The notes: generated by a model from the sequence alone, not told the origin. Positions 38,946 to 48,328 are shown, numbered from the stretch's first letter. The stretch: 64,000 nt of DNA from Deltaproteobacteria bacterium (GCA_040218735.1 JAVJQW010000011.1:134508-198507); one strand, 5' to 3'. Numbers and translations are program-made.

Positions 38946-40288
38946 GTCCGTTCACCTCGTTCGGGGATCGATACGACGAACCGCGTCCCCATACCGGGTT
39001 CGCTCTCGAGCGTGATCGTCCCGTTCAGCGCTCGGACGTGACGACCGACGATCGACATCCCCAAACCGGTGCCGTTGGCGCGCTCGGTGTGCAGGCGCTC
39101 GAACATCTCGAAGATGCGCCCGTGCTGCACCTTCGGGATGCCCAGACCGTTGTCCGCGACCGAGATTCGCAGCTCGGCGGCGTCGCGTTCGAGCGAAATC
39201 CGAACGAAGCGGTCGGCGCGATCCGGATCGCTGTACTTCACGGCGTTGGACACGAGGTGAGAGAGGATCTGAAGCAAACGACCCTGCTCGATTCGGAGCG
39301 CTCCGTGGCACGAATCCAACCGTAGCTCGACACCGGCCGCATCCGCCGACTCGGCGTGCGCGATGGCCACGTCGGCGAGCAGGTCATCGAGGTCCGTCGT
39401 CATCTCGGGTGTTTCGCCCTGGGTCGCGCTCGTCAGCTCGAGGAGGTCCGCGACGAGCTCGCTGACGTCGTTTCCGATCTCGATGATCCGCGCGACGTTC
39501 GCGCGCGCCTCCTCCTTCGCGTCGTCGTCGATGTCTTCGAGCGCCGTCTCGGCGAACCGACGCATCATGAGCACCGGGCTCTTCAGGTCGTGTGACACCC
39601 GGTAGGTGAACCGTCGCAGCTCCGCGAGCTCGACCGAGCGCTGCTCGAAGATGACCTCGAGCTGTTCCATCGTGAGCGCGAGCTCGAGCTGCGCGACGAC
39701 CTGGCTGGCCAGGGTCGTCAGGTGACGACGCTGCGCGTCGGTGAGGCATCGTGGGTGGTGGTCGATCGCGCACAGCGTGCCGAGGTTGTGTCCGTGCACC
39801 GACAGCGGCGCCCCCGCGTAGAAGCGAACGTGAGGCGGCCCCGTGACCAGAGGGTTGTCGAAGAAGCGCTCGTCCTCGAACGCATCCTCCACCTCGAACA
39901 GATCGTCGTCGAGGATGGCGTGGGCGCAGAAGGCGACCGCGCGGGGGGTCGACTCCACGTCGAGCCCGCAGGAGGCCCAGAAGACCTGACTCATCGCGTC
40001 GACCATGCTCACGAGCGCGATCGGCGTGCCGCAGATCTCCGCGGCGGTCCGGGTGAGCTGACGGAGGCTACCGGCGACCTTCTCGCGGACCGTCCCGCAC
40101 GACGCCAGGACCGCGAGCCGCTCGACCTCGTCCACCGCCTGGGGCGCTTCGATCAAACCGCGATGTCCTCCATGCGCACGGGGATCGGTTCGGACGGATT
40201 CCCCTACGCTTGAACGCGGCGTAGAACCCGGGGTCCACCGTGTTCCGGGAAGGAACAAATCTGTACGCCGACCACGGCCCAGGCACAC
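38942..40288 (-). CDS. Cytoplasmic GAF-domain sensor histidine kinase (HisKA + HATPase_c).
   Basis: The GAF region carries several Cys and His. H-box FTYRVSHDLKSPV. G-boxes VADNGLGIP and GTGLGMSIV. The exact start is uncertain because there is no internal ATG after the track start. Confidence 0.8.
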   Translation of the reverse strand: MCLGRGRRTDLFLPGTRWTPGSTPRSSVGESVRTDPRAHGGHRGLIEAPQAVDEVERLAVLASCGTVREKVAGSLRQLTRTAAEICGTPIALVSMVDAMSQVFWASCGLDVESTPRAVAFCAHAILDDDLFEVEDAFEDERFFDNPLVTGPPHVRFYAGAPLSVHGHNLGTLCAIDHHPRCLTDAQRRHLTTLASQVVAQLELALTMEQLEVIFEQRSVELAELRRFTYRVSHDLKSPVLMMRRFAETALEDIDDDAKEEARANVARIIEIGNDVSELVADLLELTSATQGETPEMTTDLDDLLADVAIAHAESADAAGVELRLDSCHGALRIEQGRLLQILSHLVSNAVKYSDPDRADRFVRISLERDAAELRISVADNGLGIPKVQHGRIFEMFERLHTERANGTGLGMSIVGRHVRALNGTITLESEPGMGTRFVVSIPERGERT

Positions 40289-40320
40289 CTAGCCGCGCCT
40301 CTGGCCGGTTTGGCCGACCC

Positions 40321-41781
40321 TCAGGATTTGGCGTTCTGCTTCCTCAGCCGCTCCGACAGCGTGCGCACGAACGTCTGGTACACGTGCAGCGCGATCCGCT
40401 CGTGCTCGAACATCAGCTGCTGGAGTCGATCCTTACGGATGAGGAGCGCCTTCACCGCGCCGACCGCAGTCACGCGCGCCGACGTGGGCGCGTCGTCGAA
40501 GAGCGACATCTCGCCGACGTACTTCCCGGCGGGGAGCTCCGCGAGGACGCTCTGTTTCCCGCCACCCTCGATCTTCGTGACACGGATCGAGCCTTCGCGA
40601 ACGATGAACAGCCCCTCGCCCGCGTGGCCCTGCTCGATCAGGATGTCGCCGTCGCCGAACGACACCTGATCACACACGCCGTACAGCGCCTTCATCTCGT
40701 CGAGCGTGAGGTCCTCGAAGATCGGCAGCTGCTTGAGCGCGTCGTAGCCGTCCATCCGCTGCACGTAGCCCACCGGCACCGTCTCGGCCGGAGCCGGCGG
40801 CCGCGGGGCGTCGGGGCGCGGCGCGAACGGGTTGCCGTCGAGCGCCGCGAACGGATCCGTGGCGCCAGCGGGCGGGATGCCTTTGACCGACGGGGCCGGC
40901 GTCCCCTTCACGGCGCGGAACGCACCGGAGTTGGCCGGCGCGATCGGCGCGGTCTGGTTCCCCTCCATCGAAGCGTACAGCCGCGCCGTGTCCTTGTAGT
41001 TCTTGTCGAACGCGAGCACGAGCTCGAACGCGTGGCGCGCGTGGTCGACCTGGTTCTGCTCCCACATCAGCCGGCCGAGTCGATAAGCGATCTCCGCCAT
41101 CATCTTCGACGTGAGCGGCTGCCCGCGCGGCAGCGCCATCGCGAGCCGCTGCGCCGCGAGGTCGCGGCGACCGAGCTTCACCAGCACCTCCGAAAGGAGC
41201 CCCACCGCCTGAACGAACTGCGGGTGGTTCGACGGCACCTGCGACAACGCACGCGCCGCGCCTTCGTCGTCACCGGCGCGCATGAAGAGCTGCCCGGCGC
41301 CGACGGCGTCACCCGACTTCGCGAGCTGGTCGGCGGCGTTCGTGAAGTCCTTCGCCTTGAAGAGGATCTCGGCCGCCTTCCGGTGGTCGCCGAGCTTCGC
41401 GAACATGCTCGCGGCCTTCTTCTGGTCCCCCGCGTTGAGGTGACACGCCGCGGCCTTGTCCCACTTGTAACTCGCCGCGTACGCACGCGCCGCCGCGTTC
41501 CACTCCTCCAGATCCTCACACGCCGCCGCGGCGCGCTCGTAGTCACGCGACCGGTAGAACAGGTTCGCGATGTTCTTCTTCATCTGGACCGAGGCCGCGG
41601 TGAACTCTTCCCACAGCTGCTTGCCGACCGTCTCCTGCACGCAGCTCTCGTAGAGCTTCACTGCGTCGTCGACCTCGTTCTTGGCCAGGTGGCGGCGGAG
41701 CTGCTCGATCACCTTGCCCGTCGCCATGAACTGTCCGCCCGACGATCCCGACTCGTCGAACTCCCATTCCATCAACGCCAT
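40321..41781 (-). CDS. TPR-like repeat protein with a C-terminal cyclic-nucleotide-binding (cNMP) domain.
   Basis: From the ATG at 41779-41781: MALMEWEFDESG. Repeated AAxxY/KA helical pairs, a Pro-rich linker, and a C-terminal cNMP motif GDILIEQGHAGEGLFIVREGSIRV...GEMSLFDDAPTSARVTA. Confidence 0.75.
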   Translation of the reverse strand: MALMEWEFDESGSSGGQFMATGKVIEQLRRHLAKNEVDDAVKLYESCVQETVGKQLWEEFTAASVQMKKNIANLFYRSRDYERAAAACEDLEEWNAAARAYAASYKWDKAAACHLNAGDQKKAASMFAKLGDHRKAAEILFKAKDFTNAADQLAKSGDAVGAGQLFMRAGDDEGAARALSQVPSNHPQFVQAVGLLSEVLVKLGRRDLAAQRLAMALPRGQPLTSKMMAEIAYRLGRLMWEQNQVDHARHAFELVLAFDKNYKDTARLYASMEGNQTAPIAPANSGAFRAVKGTPAPSVKGIPPAGATDPFAALDGNPFAPRPDAPRPPAPAETVPVGYVQRMDGYDALKQLPIFEDLTLDEMKALYGVCDQVSFGDGDILIEQGHAGEGLFIVREGSIRVTKIEGGGKQSVLAELPAGKYVGEMSLFDDAPTSARVTAVGAVKALLIRKDRLQQLMFEHERIALHVYQTFVRTLSERLRKQNAKS

Positions 41782-41835
41782 GGCTCGCGATGCTCGCACG
41801 AATCGACGGCGCAGGCATGGTAACGTTCGGCGTCG

Positions 41836-42372
41836 ATGTGGACCTGTGGCCTGTTCGTCCTGCTCGCGCTCGCGACACCCCAGGACTTCGACAAGGACGG
41901 CGTCGCGGACGTGGACGACGACTGCCCGACGGACCCGGGCAACCCGGCCAACAAGGGCTGCCCCGGGGACACGCCGCCTCCCCCGCCGCCGCCTCCCGCG
42001 ACGCCCGCGAAGATCGAGGTGTCGGGCGACCGCATCGAGATCGACGACACGATCGAGTTCAAGAGCGGGAGCGCCCGGGTCGATCCGAAGAGCTTTCAGC
42101 TCCTGGCGGAGGTCGCCGCCGCGATCCGCGGCCTCCCCGGTGCGCAGCGGGTCTCGGTCGAGGGCCACACCGACAACCGCGGAAGCGCCAAGCTCAACCG
42201 GCGGTTGTCGAAACAGCGCGCGCGCGCGGTCGTCGCCCACCTGGTGCGCAACGGGGTGGACCGGCGTCGCCTGAAGTTCGAAGGACACGGTGAGGATGAC
42301 CCGATCGCCACCAACGACACCCCCGCCGGCCGCAAGAAGAACCGCCGCGTGGATTTCCTCATCCTGCCTTAG
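41836..42372 (+). CDS. OmpA-family (OmpA_C-like) protein with a thrombospondin-type-3 Ca-binding motif and a poly-Pro linker.
   Basis: DKDGVADVDDDCPTDPGNP (TSP3), PPPPPPPP, and OmpA_C motifs VEGHTDNRGSAKLNRRLSKQRARAV...NRRVDF. Confidence 0.8.
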   Translation: MWTCGLFVLLALATPQDFDKDGVADVDDDCPTDPGNPANKGCPGDTPPPPPPPPATPAKIEVSGDRIEIDDTIEFKSGSARVDPKSFQLLAEVAAAIRGLPGAQRVSVEGHTDNRGSAKLNRRLSKQRARAVVAHLVRNGVDRRRLKFEGHGEDDPIATNDTPAGRKKNRRVDFLILP

Positions 42373-43072
42373 CCTCGCGGCGATCGGCTGCACGGCCCAG
42401 CCGCCCGAGATCCTCGACGCGATCGTCACCGGCTTGGAGCGGGGCGATCTGTCGCCGGCGAAGAAGTCGATCGACCCCGAATACGCCGATCCCCTCGGCG
42501 ACCGCGACGTGCTGCTCGAAGACCTCGCCGGCTTCGTCGAAAAGTACGGCAAGCGAAAGCTGGCTTTCACCGACCTGACGACCGGCGCCGACCCCAGCGC
42601 GCTGACGGCGACGCTCACGGGGCGCATGGACCTCGAGCTCGTCGGGCGCCCCACCTGGAAGGTCGTCGGGCCGGCGCAGCTGGAGTTCCGCCGGCAGGGC
42701 GCGTTCTTCGTGCGCAGCGGCCTGTTGTCCCACGTCCGCGACATCCAGCGGCTCATGGCGGCCCGCCGCGCCGCCCTCGAAGCCAACGATGCCGAGCAGA
42801 TGCGCCCCCTGCTGCACCCCCGCTACCGCGACCAAGACCTCGACGCCGACGACGCCGTCGAGCGCCTCGCCGCCGACCTGTCGGGGGTTCCCGTTCGACT
42901 GGAGGTGACGAACTACCGGGTCGAGCTGCGGGGCCCGACCGCCCACGTCGACGAGCACTACATCCTTTCGGTCAGGGACAAACGCATGCCGCCGAGCGTC
43001 GCCCGCTTCACGCTCGCCCGAACGGCGGGACGCTGGAAGATCATCGCCGGCCTGTACCCCGAACGGCCTTGA
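42296..43072 (+). CDS. Hypothetical lipoprotein. Its 5' end overlaps the 3' end of the OmpA-like gene by ~77 nt.
   Basis: Possible lipobox LSLAAIGC. No start codon exists downstream of the OmpA-like stop in this frame, so an overlap is required. The start is uncertain. Confidence 0.45.
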   Translation: MTRSPPTTPPPAARRTAAWISSSCLSLAAIGCTAQPPEILDAIVTGLERGDLSPAKKSIDPEYADPLGDRDVLLEDLAGFVEKYGKRKLAFTDLTTGADPSALTATLTGRMDLELVGRPTWKVVGPAQLEFRRQGAFFVRSGLLSHVRDIQRLMAARRAALEANDAEQMRPLLHPRYRDQDLDADDAVERLAADLSGVPVRLEVTNYRVELRGPTAHVDEHYILSVRDKRMPPSVARFTLARTAGRWKIIAGLYPERP

Positions 43073-43078
43073 ACCGGG

Positions 43079-44029
43079 GTGTCGTTCAGCATAGGGTCCG
43101 GCGAAATGCCGCAGGCGTACGCCCTGAGATTCATCTCCGGCAAGTACCAGGGCGGAGAGTTCCCGCTCACGAACGACCGCGAGATCGTCATTGGCCGGTC
43201 CTCGGAGCTGGACATGGTCCTCGTCGAGGACATGGTGTCGCGCAAGCACGCCAAGATCGCGACGCACACCGGACAGATCGTGATCATGGACATGGGGTCC
43301 ACGAATGGGACCTTCGTCAACGGCGAGAAGATCCGGAAGACCCGTCTCAAAGAGGGTGATCGCATCCTGATCGGGACGTCGATCCTCAAGGTCGTCGCTG
43401 CGTCCTCCAACGGCCCCGTCTCCCAGTCCGTCGCGCGGGAGCGCCTCGAAGAGGTCGGCAAGTCCGACGCGGGCAAGCAGTCCTCGATGAGCGGTACGCT
43501 CGAGGAGGTCCCGATCCCGGACCTGCTCCAGCTGTTCTCCACGTCGAAGCGCACCGGCGTCCTGCACATCAAGTCGGACCTCGGCTACGGCAAGATCTAC
43601 CTGCGCAACGGGAACATCTTCTACGCGTCGATCGACGACGACCACGACCTCGGTCCGATGAAGGCCCTGTGTCGCATCGTCGGTTGGGAAGAAGGCACGT
43701 TCGAGTTCGGACCGCCGGAGCCGGACGCCGAGTTCATGCTCGAGCTCGAAGACACCACGGAGTCCCTCCTCATGGAGGCGCTCCGCCAGCTCGACGAGTT
43801 CCGGCGCATCGCACCGAACCTCCCCGCGCCGCACGAGCGCCTCGCGCTCCCGCGCCCGCTCGAACCGCTCCTGTCGAACCTCAAGGCGCTCGAGCTCGAC
43901 GTCTTCCAGCTCATCCACAACCACGGGATGGCGCAGCACGTGTTCGATCAGTCCCCCGCGACGGACTACGAGACCGCCTCGGCGCTGCTGTCGTTGGTGT
44001 CGCAGGGTTACGTGCTTCGCGGCAGCTGA
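43079..44029 (+). CDS. FHA-domain protein with a C-terminal DUF4388 (PATAN-like) domain.
   Basis: FHA motifs GRSSELDMVLVEDMVSRKHAKI...TNGTFVNGEKI. DUF4388 motifs SGTLEEVPIPDLLQLFSTSKRTGVLHI. The start is at 43079 or at the ATG at 43106. Confidence 0.75.
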   Translation: MSFSIGSGEMPQAYALRFISGKYQGGEFPLTNDREIVIGRSSELDMVLVEDMVSRKHAKIATHTGQIVIMDMGSTNGTFVNGEKIRKTRLKEGDRILIGTSILKVVAASSNGPVSQSVARERLEEVGKSDAGKQSSMSGTLEEVPIPDLLQLFSTSKRTGVLHIKSDLGYGKIYLRNGNIFYASIDDDHDLGPMKALCRIVGWEEGTFEFGPPEPDAEFMLELEDTTESLLMEALRQLDEFRRIAPNLPAPHERLALPRPLEPLLSNLKALELDVFQLIHNHGMAQHVFDQSPATDYETASALLSLVSQGYVLRGS

Positions 44030-44059
44030 CGCGCCGAACCACGACGACGCGGATCGCGT

Positions 44060-44740
44060 CTACTCACCTTCACGCACGGGGTAGAGGCTCGGAGGGAAGT
44101 TCCCCGCGATGCCGCCGGACTGGTACTCGATGAAGTAGACGAGCGACCAGATGATCTCCTTCGAGAGGCGGTTCTCCCACGCGGGCATCTCGGAGTTGTT
44201 GCCGTTCACGACCTTCCCGCCCTTCGAGATCATTCGGAACATGTCCGCGTGCTGGCGCTGCTGGCCAAAGAAGAAACCTTGGCCCCCGCCCCAGTCGGAC
44301 GGCGGCGGCGGCATGCTGCGCGCGTCCGTCAGGCGACGCCGACCGCCGTGGCACTCGTTACAGAGCGCGGTCCACACCGACGCGGTCTCGATCGCGGTCT
44401 GCTCGTCCCAGAAGATCGCCGGGGCCCGGCGCTCGCTGATCTCCTCGTCGCGTTTCTTCGCCTGGACCAGGCTCAACCCCAGACGCTCACCGCGGAACTC
44501 GAACCACCGATCGCCGAGGTGCACGTCGAGCGCGCGGACGCGCTCCTCTTCCTTCCGCGTCAGCTCATAGGCCCGGCGGATCGGCGCGGGGTTCGACGCC
44601 CCCGGCTCCACGGTCGGCTCGATCGCGTCGGCGCCTGCGGGTTCGATCACCGCGCCCGAGTCGTTCTGGGCCGGTGCCGCGCACGCGGCGAACGCGAGCG
44701 CCGTCAGGAGGACCTGCCCCCTTCGACGACCGACATTCAT
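44060..44740 (-). CDS. Monoheme c-type cytochrome lipoprotein. Last gene of the kinase/cupredoxin operon.
   Basis: MNVGRRRGQVLLTALAFAACAAPAQ lipobox. CNECHGG heme motif. The C-terminal motif MPAWENRLSKEIIWSLVYFIEYQ is shared with the cytochrome at 53040-53558. ATGA overlap with the upstream gene. Confidence 0.75.
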   Translation of the reverse strand: MNVGRRRGQVLLTALAFAACAAPAQNDSGAVIEPAGADAIEPTVEPGASNPAPIRRAYELTRKEEERVRALDVHLGDRWFEFRGERLGLSLVQAKKRDEEISERRAPAIFWDEQTAIETASVWTALCNECHGGRRRLTDARSMPPPPSDWGGGQGFFFGQQRQHADMFRMISKGGKVVNGNNSEMPAWENRLSKEIIWSLVYFIEYQSGGIAGNFPPSLYPVREGE

Positions 44741-45645
44741 GGGTAGGAACCGTACGGCTTGCCGAACTTGTTCTTGTGCGTGCCCGTGCGCTTCGTCAGT
44801 GCGAGCTCGACGGACGCCGAACCGCTCCCGACGTTCGCCCACGCCGACGCGACCTCTGCGCCCGGCGCCCACGCGACGATCTTGCGCTTGCCCGTGGGCA
44901 CGCCGTCGATTCGGAACGTCCCGTCCGGCTGCACCTTCGCGAAGTGCCGGTTCGGGAGGATCAACACCGACGCCGCCATGCGCGGGTGGATGTTGCAGTA
45001 GAGGTCGACCACGCCCGGGCTCATGAAGCGGTACGACTTCGCGCCCTCGCCCGCGCGGTACAGACCGAGGTCGAACGTGTTGCCCGGCGAGAGGGAGAAG
45101 ACGTTGTGGTAGATCGCGTCGAGGTTCGGGAACTCGACCGTCGTCCCGCGCTCGATCACCGCCCAGTTCGGCGCGAAGCGTTTGTTCTGCTGTTTGATCG
45201 TGACGGAGCGGTTCTTCACCGCGCGACCGCGCACGTTCTCGATGAACACGTACGCGACGGGCTCGCCCTTCGGCACGCTCACCTTCCCCTCGACGGTGCC
45301 GCCGCCTCGGCTCGAGGTCGAACGACGCGAGGTCGTGGGTGGCGGCGCCTTGCGCGCCTTGGGCGGTGGAGGCGGCGGGGCCGAGCGCCCGTCCGTCTTC
45401 TCGGCGACCGCAGTCGAGCCCGCCGTTCGGTTCAGCAACCGACGCAGGACCTCCGAGCGACGTTTATCGAGCTCCGCGAGCTCGGACAGCGCCACGCGCA
45501 TGGATTCGAGATCGATCTTCAGCTGGCTGACTTCCCGTCGCAGCGCTTCCACGGTCTCGGCGGAAGCACCTTCCTCCTGAGCGAAGGTCCCGGCGGGGAG
45601 CGCAACACCGACCGCAGTCACCCAGGCGATCGTGGTCCTCTTCAT
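44737..45645 (-). CDS. Secreted type-1 copper (cupredoxin) protein with an N-terminal coiled-coil and a Pro-rich linker.
   Basis: Signal MKRTTIAWVTAVGVALPAGTFAQ. Ligand set H (YHNV) and C-x2-H-x2-M (YCNIHPRM), with amicyanin-like spacing. Pro-rich spacer PPPPPPKARKAPPP. Confidence 0.65.
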   Translation of the reverse strand: MKRTTIAWVTAVGVALPAGTFAQEEGASAETVEALRREVSQLKIDLESMRVALSELAELDKRRSEVLRRLLNRTAGSTAVAEKTDGRSAPPPPPPKARKAPPPTTSRRSTSSRGGGTVEGKVSVPKGEPVAYVFIENVRGRAVKNRSVTIKQQNKRFAPNWAVIERGTTVEFPNLDAIYHNVFSLSPGNTFDLGLYRAGEGAKSYRFMSPGVVDLYCNIHPRMAASVLILPNRHFAKVQPDGTFRIDGVPTGKRKIVAWAPGAEVASAWANVGSGSASVELALTKRTGTHKNKFGKPYGSYP

Positions 45646-46559
45646 CACGCCCTCCACGCGTACCACAGGAGCGCGATGCTCGCGACGCCGGTCAGAGCCA
45701 TCAAACCGATCAGCGCGATCACCACACCGAAGAAGTCCGGCGCCACGACGTGGTGGGGAACCAACCACACCACCCGCGCCGCAGCGCCGTCCGCGAGGTC
45801 TCGCACGATGAAGGCGTAGTCTGCGTCGGTGCTGTTCGCCAGCAGTCGCGCGACGACCGGCGACGGTGGTGCGCTCGCGCTCGCGGCCGAGACCTCCCGA
45901 CCGATCACCAACGCACCGTGTACGGAGAGCGCAGCCTCGATCGCCGTGAACGTCTCCGCGGGCACCGCGTTCCCGACGAGGAGCACGCCCGCGAGGCGGG
46001 GCCCGAGACGGACCCGCGCGGCGCCGATGTTCATGGCGCTGGTGCCGTAGGTCCACGACCCACCGGCCATGTCCTCGCCCCCGAGCAGTCGCTTGACGAC
46101 CTCGGAGGTCGACAGGTCGATCCCCTCGAGCTTCTGTTCCCCCGACGCCGCCGTCACCACCCCGGCCGGCGTCAGCAACGCGAGCAGCCCGGCGCCGCTG
46201 CTCGCCCGCACGTCGTCGAGGAGATCCCGCAGCGTCGCGGCGTCGATCCCCGGCGTCGCGAGCGTCGCGCGGACGCGACCGTCGTTGGCGATCACCGCGG
46301 CCTGCGACTCCAAGAGGTGATGCGCGGAGTCCTGCGACTGCTGGAACATGTGCTCCGCTGCCACGAGGCGGGCGTCGTCGATCGTTTGGTAACCGGCGCG
46401 GAGCCGCACCACACCGAAGAACGCAAACGCCCCGGCGGCCACGGTCAGCGCGACGGCGACCGCGATCCACCCCTTCGACGCCGACGGCGCCGGTTCGGGG
46501 GTCACGGTCCGCGTCGCGTTCGCTTCGAGGACCTGTAGATGCAACGGGGACCGAGTCAC
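45645..46559 (-). CDS. Bitopic/2-TM membrane protein with a ~230-aa periplasmic domain.
   Basis: TM1 WIAVAVALTVAAGAFAFFGVV. C-terminal TM FFGVVIALIGLMALTGVASIALLWYAW. Start and stop are both coupled by overlaps to the flanking genes. Confidence 0.55.
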   Translation of the reverse strand: MTRSPLHLQVLEANATRTVTPEPAPSASKGWIAVAVALTVAAGAFAFFGVVRLRAGYQTIDDARLVAAEHMFQQSQDSAHHLLESQAAVIANDGRVRATLATPGIDAATLRDLLDDVRASSGAGLLALLTPAGVVTAASGEQKLEGIDLSTSEVVKRLLGGEDMAGGSWTYGTSAMNIGAARVRLGPRLAGVLLVGNAVPAETFTAIEAALSVHGALVIGREVSAASASAPPSPVVARLLANSTDADYAFIVRDLADGAAARVVWLVPHHVVAPDFFGVVIALIGLMALTGVASIALLWYAWRA

Positions 46560-48328
46560 GTTCCCTCCATGACTTCGATCGTCTGCGTGCCGCTGAGCAC
46601 CTCGATCGTCTTGCTGGTCAGGATGTCGTCGGGCGTCTCGACGCGGAGGCGGTGTGCTCCGACCTCCAGCTCGACCGTCGCCCCGACCGCGACGGGCTCG
46701 TCGTCGATGAACAGGGTCGCGCCGTCCGGCACCCCCGCGAAGGACACGCGCCCCACGGTGGACTGCAACGCGAAGTCGAGGCGCTTCGACTTGTCACCGA
46801 CCTCGACCGTCGCGCTCTTCGGGACGTGCCCGGGTTTTTCGACGCGGATCTGTACGCTGCGCCCGCGCAGCAGATCGGAGAGCACGGTCGGCGTGAAGAC
46901 GCCGCGCGGCTGCCCGTCGACGAACACCATCGCGCCGGGCGGCGTCGAGGCGACCGCGACCGTTCCGTAACGCACGACCGGATTCGCGGGCGACTCCGAT
47001 TCGCCGCCGAGCACGAACGCGAGACCGCCGAACGCGAGGAGCACCGCGAGGCACACGCCGATGACCCAGCCCATCGAACGCCGCGGCGGGGCCGCTTCCG
47101 GGTTCACGGTCTCGGAGATGATCGACACGTCGACGAAGGATGCGGAAGGCTGCGCGGTGATCGACGAGCCCCCCGCCGCGGACGTCGACCACACCGGCCT
47201 CGAGTGCGTCACGGTCCGCACGGGCTCCGAGACGTCGAGCGCCGACTCGACCTGCGACCGCTTGGTGCGACGGCTCATTCGGATCGCGGCGGCGACGTTG
47301 CGCTCGAGATCCATCCCCTGCGCGACGGCGCGCTTCACGGCGGCGGCTTCGTCACCGAACAGCGACGTCAGCCACACGCCCGTCTCCCGCGCGCTGGGGC
47401 GGTTCGCGTGTAGCGCGAAGTACTCGTCGAGCGCGCTCGCGAGCGCCTCGGCGCTCGCGAAGCGTCGATCCGGATCGCGTTCCAACGCGCGCATCACGAT
47501 GCGGTCGACGATCTCGGGGAGCTCCGATCGTTGTCCGCTCGGCAGCGGGACGGCGGCGGTGCGCACCGCTTCGACCGTGAGCGCCTCCGCCTTCCGCTTG
47601 AAGAGCGGCTTCGTCATCAGCAGCTCCCACAGGAGTATGCCGAGCGCGAAGACGTCGGTGCGGCGATCGATCTTTCCGTCGACCAACTGCTCGGGTGCGG
47701 AGTGCGCGAGCTTGCCCTTGAAGCCACCGATGCGTGTGTCGCCGCGGTCGAGCATCGTCGCCTTCGCGATGCCGAAGTCGAGCACCTTCACGTCGCCGTG
47801 GTAGGTGACGATCACATTCGACGGGCTGATGTCTCGGTGAACGAGGTTCATCGGGTTGCCGTGCGGGTCCCGGAACTCGTGTGCGTAGTGCAGCCCTTCG
47901 GCGCACTGTTGGACGATCGCACACGCCATGCGGGTGGGCACGACGATCTGCTGCTTACGGCAACGCCGCAGGATCGACAGGACGTCCTCACCCGGCAGGT
48001 ACTCCATCGCGATGAAGTACTGCCCGTCCGACTCGCCGAGCTCGTGGGTCGCGACGACGTTCGGGTGGTGCAGCTGCGCTGCGATGCGCGCCTCGTCGAG
48101 GAACATCGCCTTGAAACGTTTGCTCTTCGCGAGGTGCGGCAGGACGCGCTTGAGCACGACGATCTTCGTGAACCCTTCGATGCCCTCCTGGACGGCGATG
48201 TAGATGTTCGCCATCCCGCCCTGCGCGAGTTTGCCGACGAGGCGGTAGCGGCCGATCGTGCGACCGGTCAGGCCTTCGTCCCAATCGCCCGTATCGGCCG
48301 CAGACCCATGTTCCCAACCCGTGCTCAC
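46556..48328 (-). CDS. Transmembrane Ser/Thr protein kinase with periplasmic PEGA domain(s).
   Basis: Hanks motifs LAQGGMANIYIAV, VVLKRV, HRDISPSNVIV, DFGIAKA, SAPE. TM MGWVIGVCLAVLLAFGGLAFVL. PEGA-like STPPGAMVFVDGQPRG. GTG start at 48328 is preferred. The longer Arg-rich N-terminal extension of the track ORF is rejected. Confidence 0.8.
   Translation of the reverse strand: MSTGWEHGSAADTGDWDEGLTGRTIGRYRLVGKLAQGGMANIYIAVQEGIEGFTKIVVLKRVLPHLAKSKRFKAMFLDEARIAAQLHHPNVVATHELGESDGQYFIAMEYLPGEDVLSILRRCRKQQIVVPTRMACAIVQQCAEGLHYAHEFRDPHGNPMNLVHRDISPSNVIVTYHGDVKVLDFGIAKATMLDRGDTRIGGFKGKLAHSAPEQLVDGKIDRRTDVFALGILLWELLMTKPLFKRKAEALTVEAVRTAAVPLPSGQRSELPEIVDRIVMRALERDPDRRFASAEALASALDEYFALHANRPSARETGVWLTSLFGDEAAAVKRAVAQGMDLERNVAAAIRMSRRTKRSQVESALDVSEPVRTVTHSRPVWSTSAAGGSSITAQPSASFVDVSIISETVNPEAAPPRRSMGWVIGVCLAVLLAFGGLAFVLGGESESPANPVVRYGTVAVASTPPGAMVFVDGQPRGVFTPTVLSDLLRGRSVQIRVEKPGHVPKSATVEVGDKSKRLDFALQSTVGRVSFAGVPDGATLFIDDEPVAVGATVELEVGAHRLRVETPDDILTSKTIEVLSGTQTIEVMEGT

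Noticed and set aside
39295-39315. TGGCAC sequence as a possible sigma-54 -24 element.
   Set aside because: It lies inside the GAF-kinase coding region and has no properly spaced TTGC(A/T) -12 element.
42290-42372. Possible programmed frameshift between the OmpA-like gene and the downstream lipoprotein.
   Set aside because: A simple 77-83-nt out-of-frame overlap with an in-frame ATG at 42296 and a plausible lipobox explains it. There is no slippery heptamer evident.
41782-42786. 5' extensions of track ORFs (40321-42786, 36670-38955, 44737-46470, 21284-22528, 60721-61875, 62524-63627, 24383-24937).
   Set aside because: The extended N-terminal parts are Arg-rich, lack homology and overlap well-supported genes on the other strand (OmpA-like, RR, etc.). 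Internal ATG/GTG starts preceded by signal peptides or conserved N-termini were used instead.
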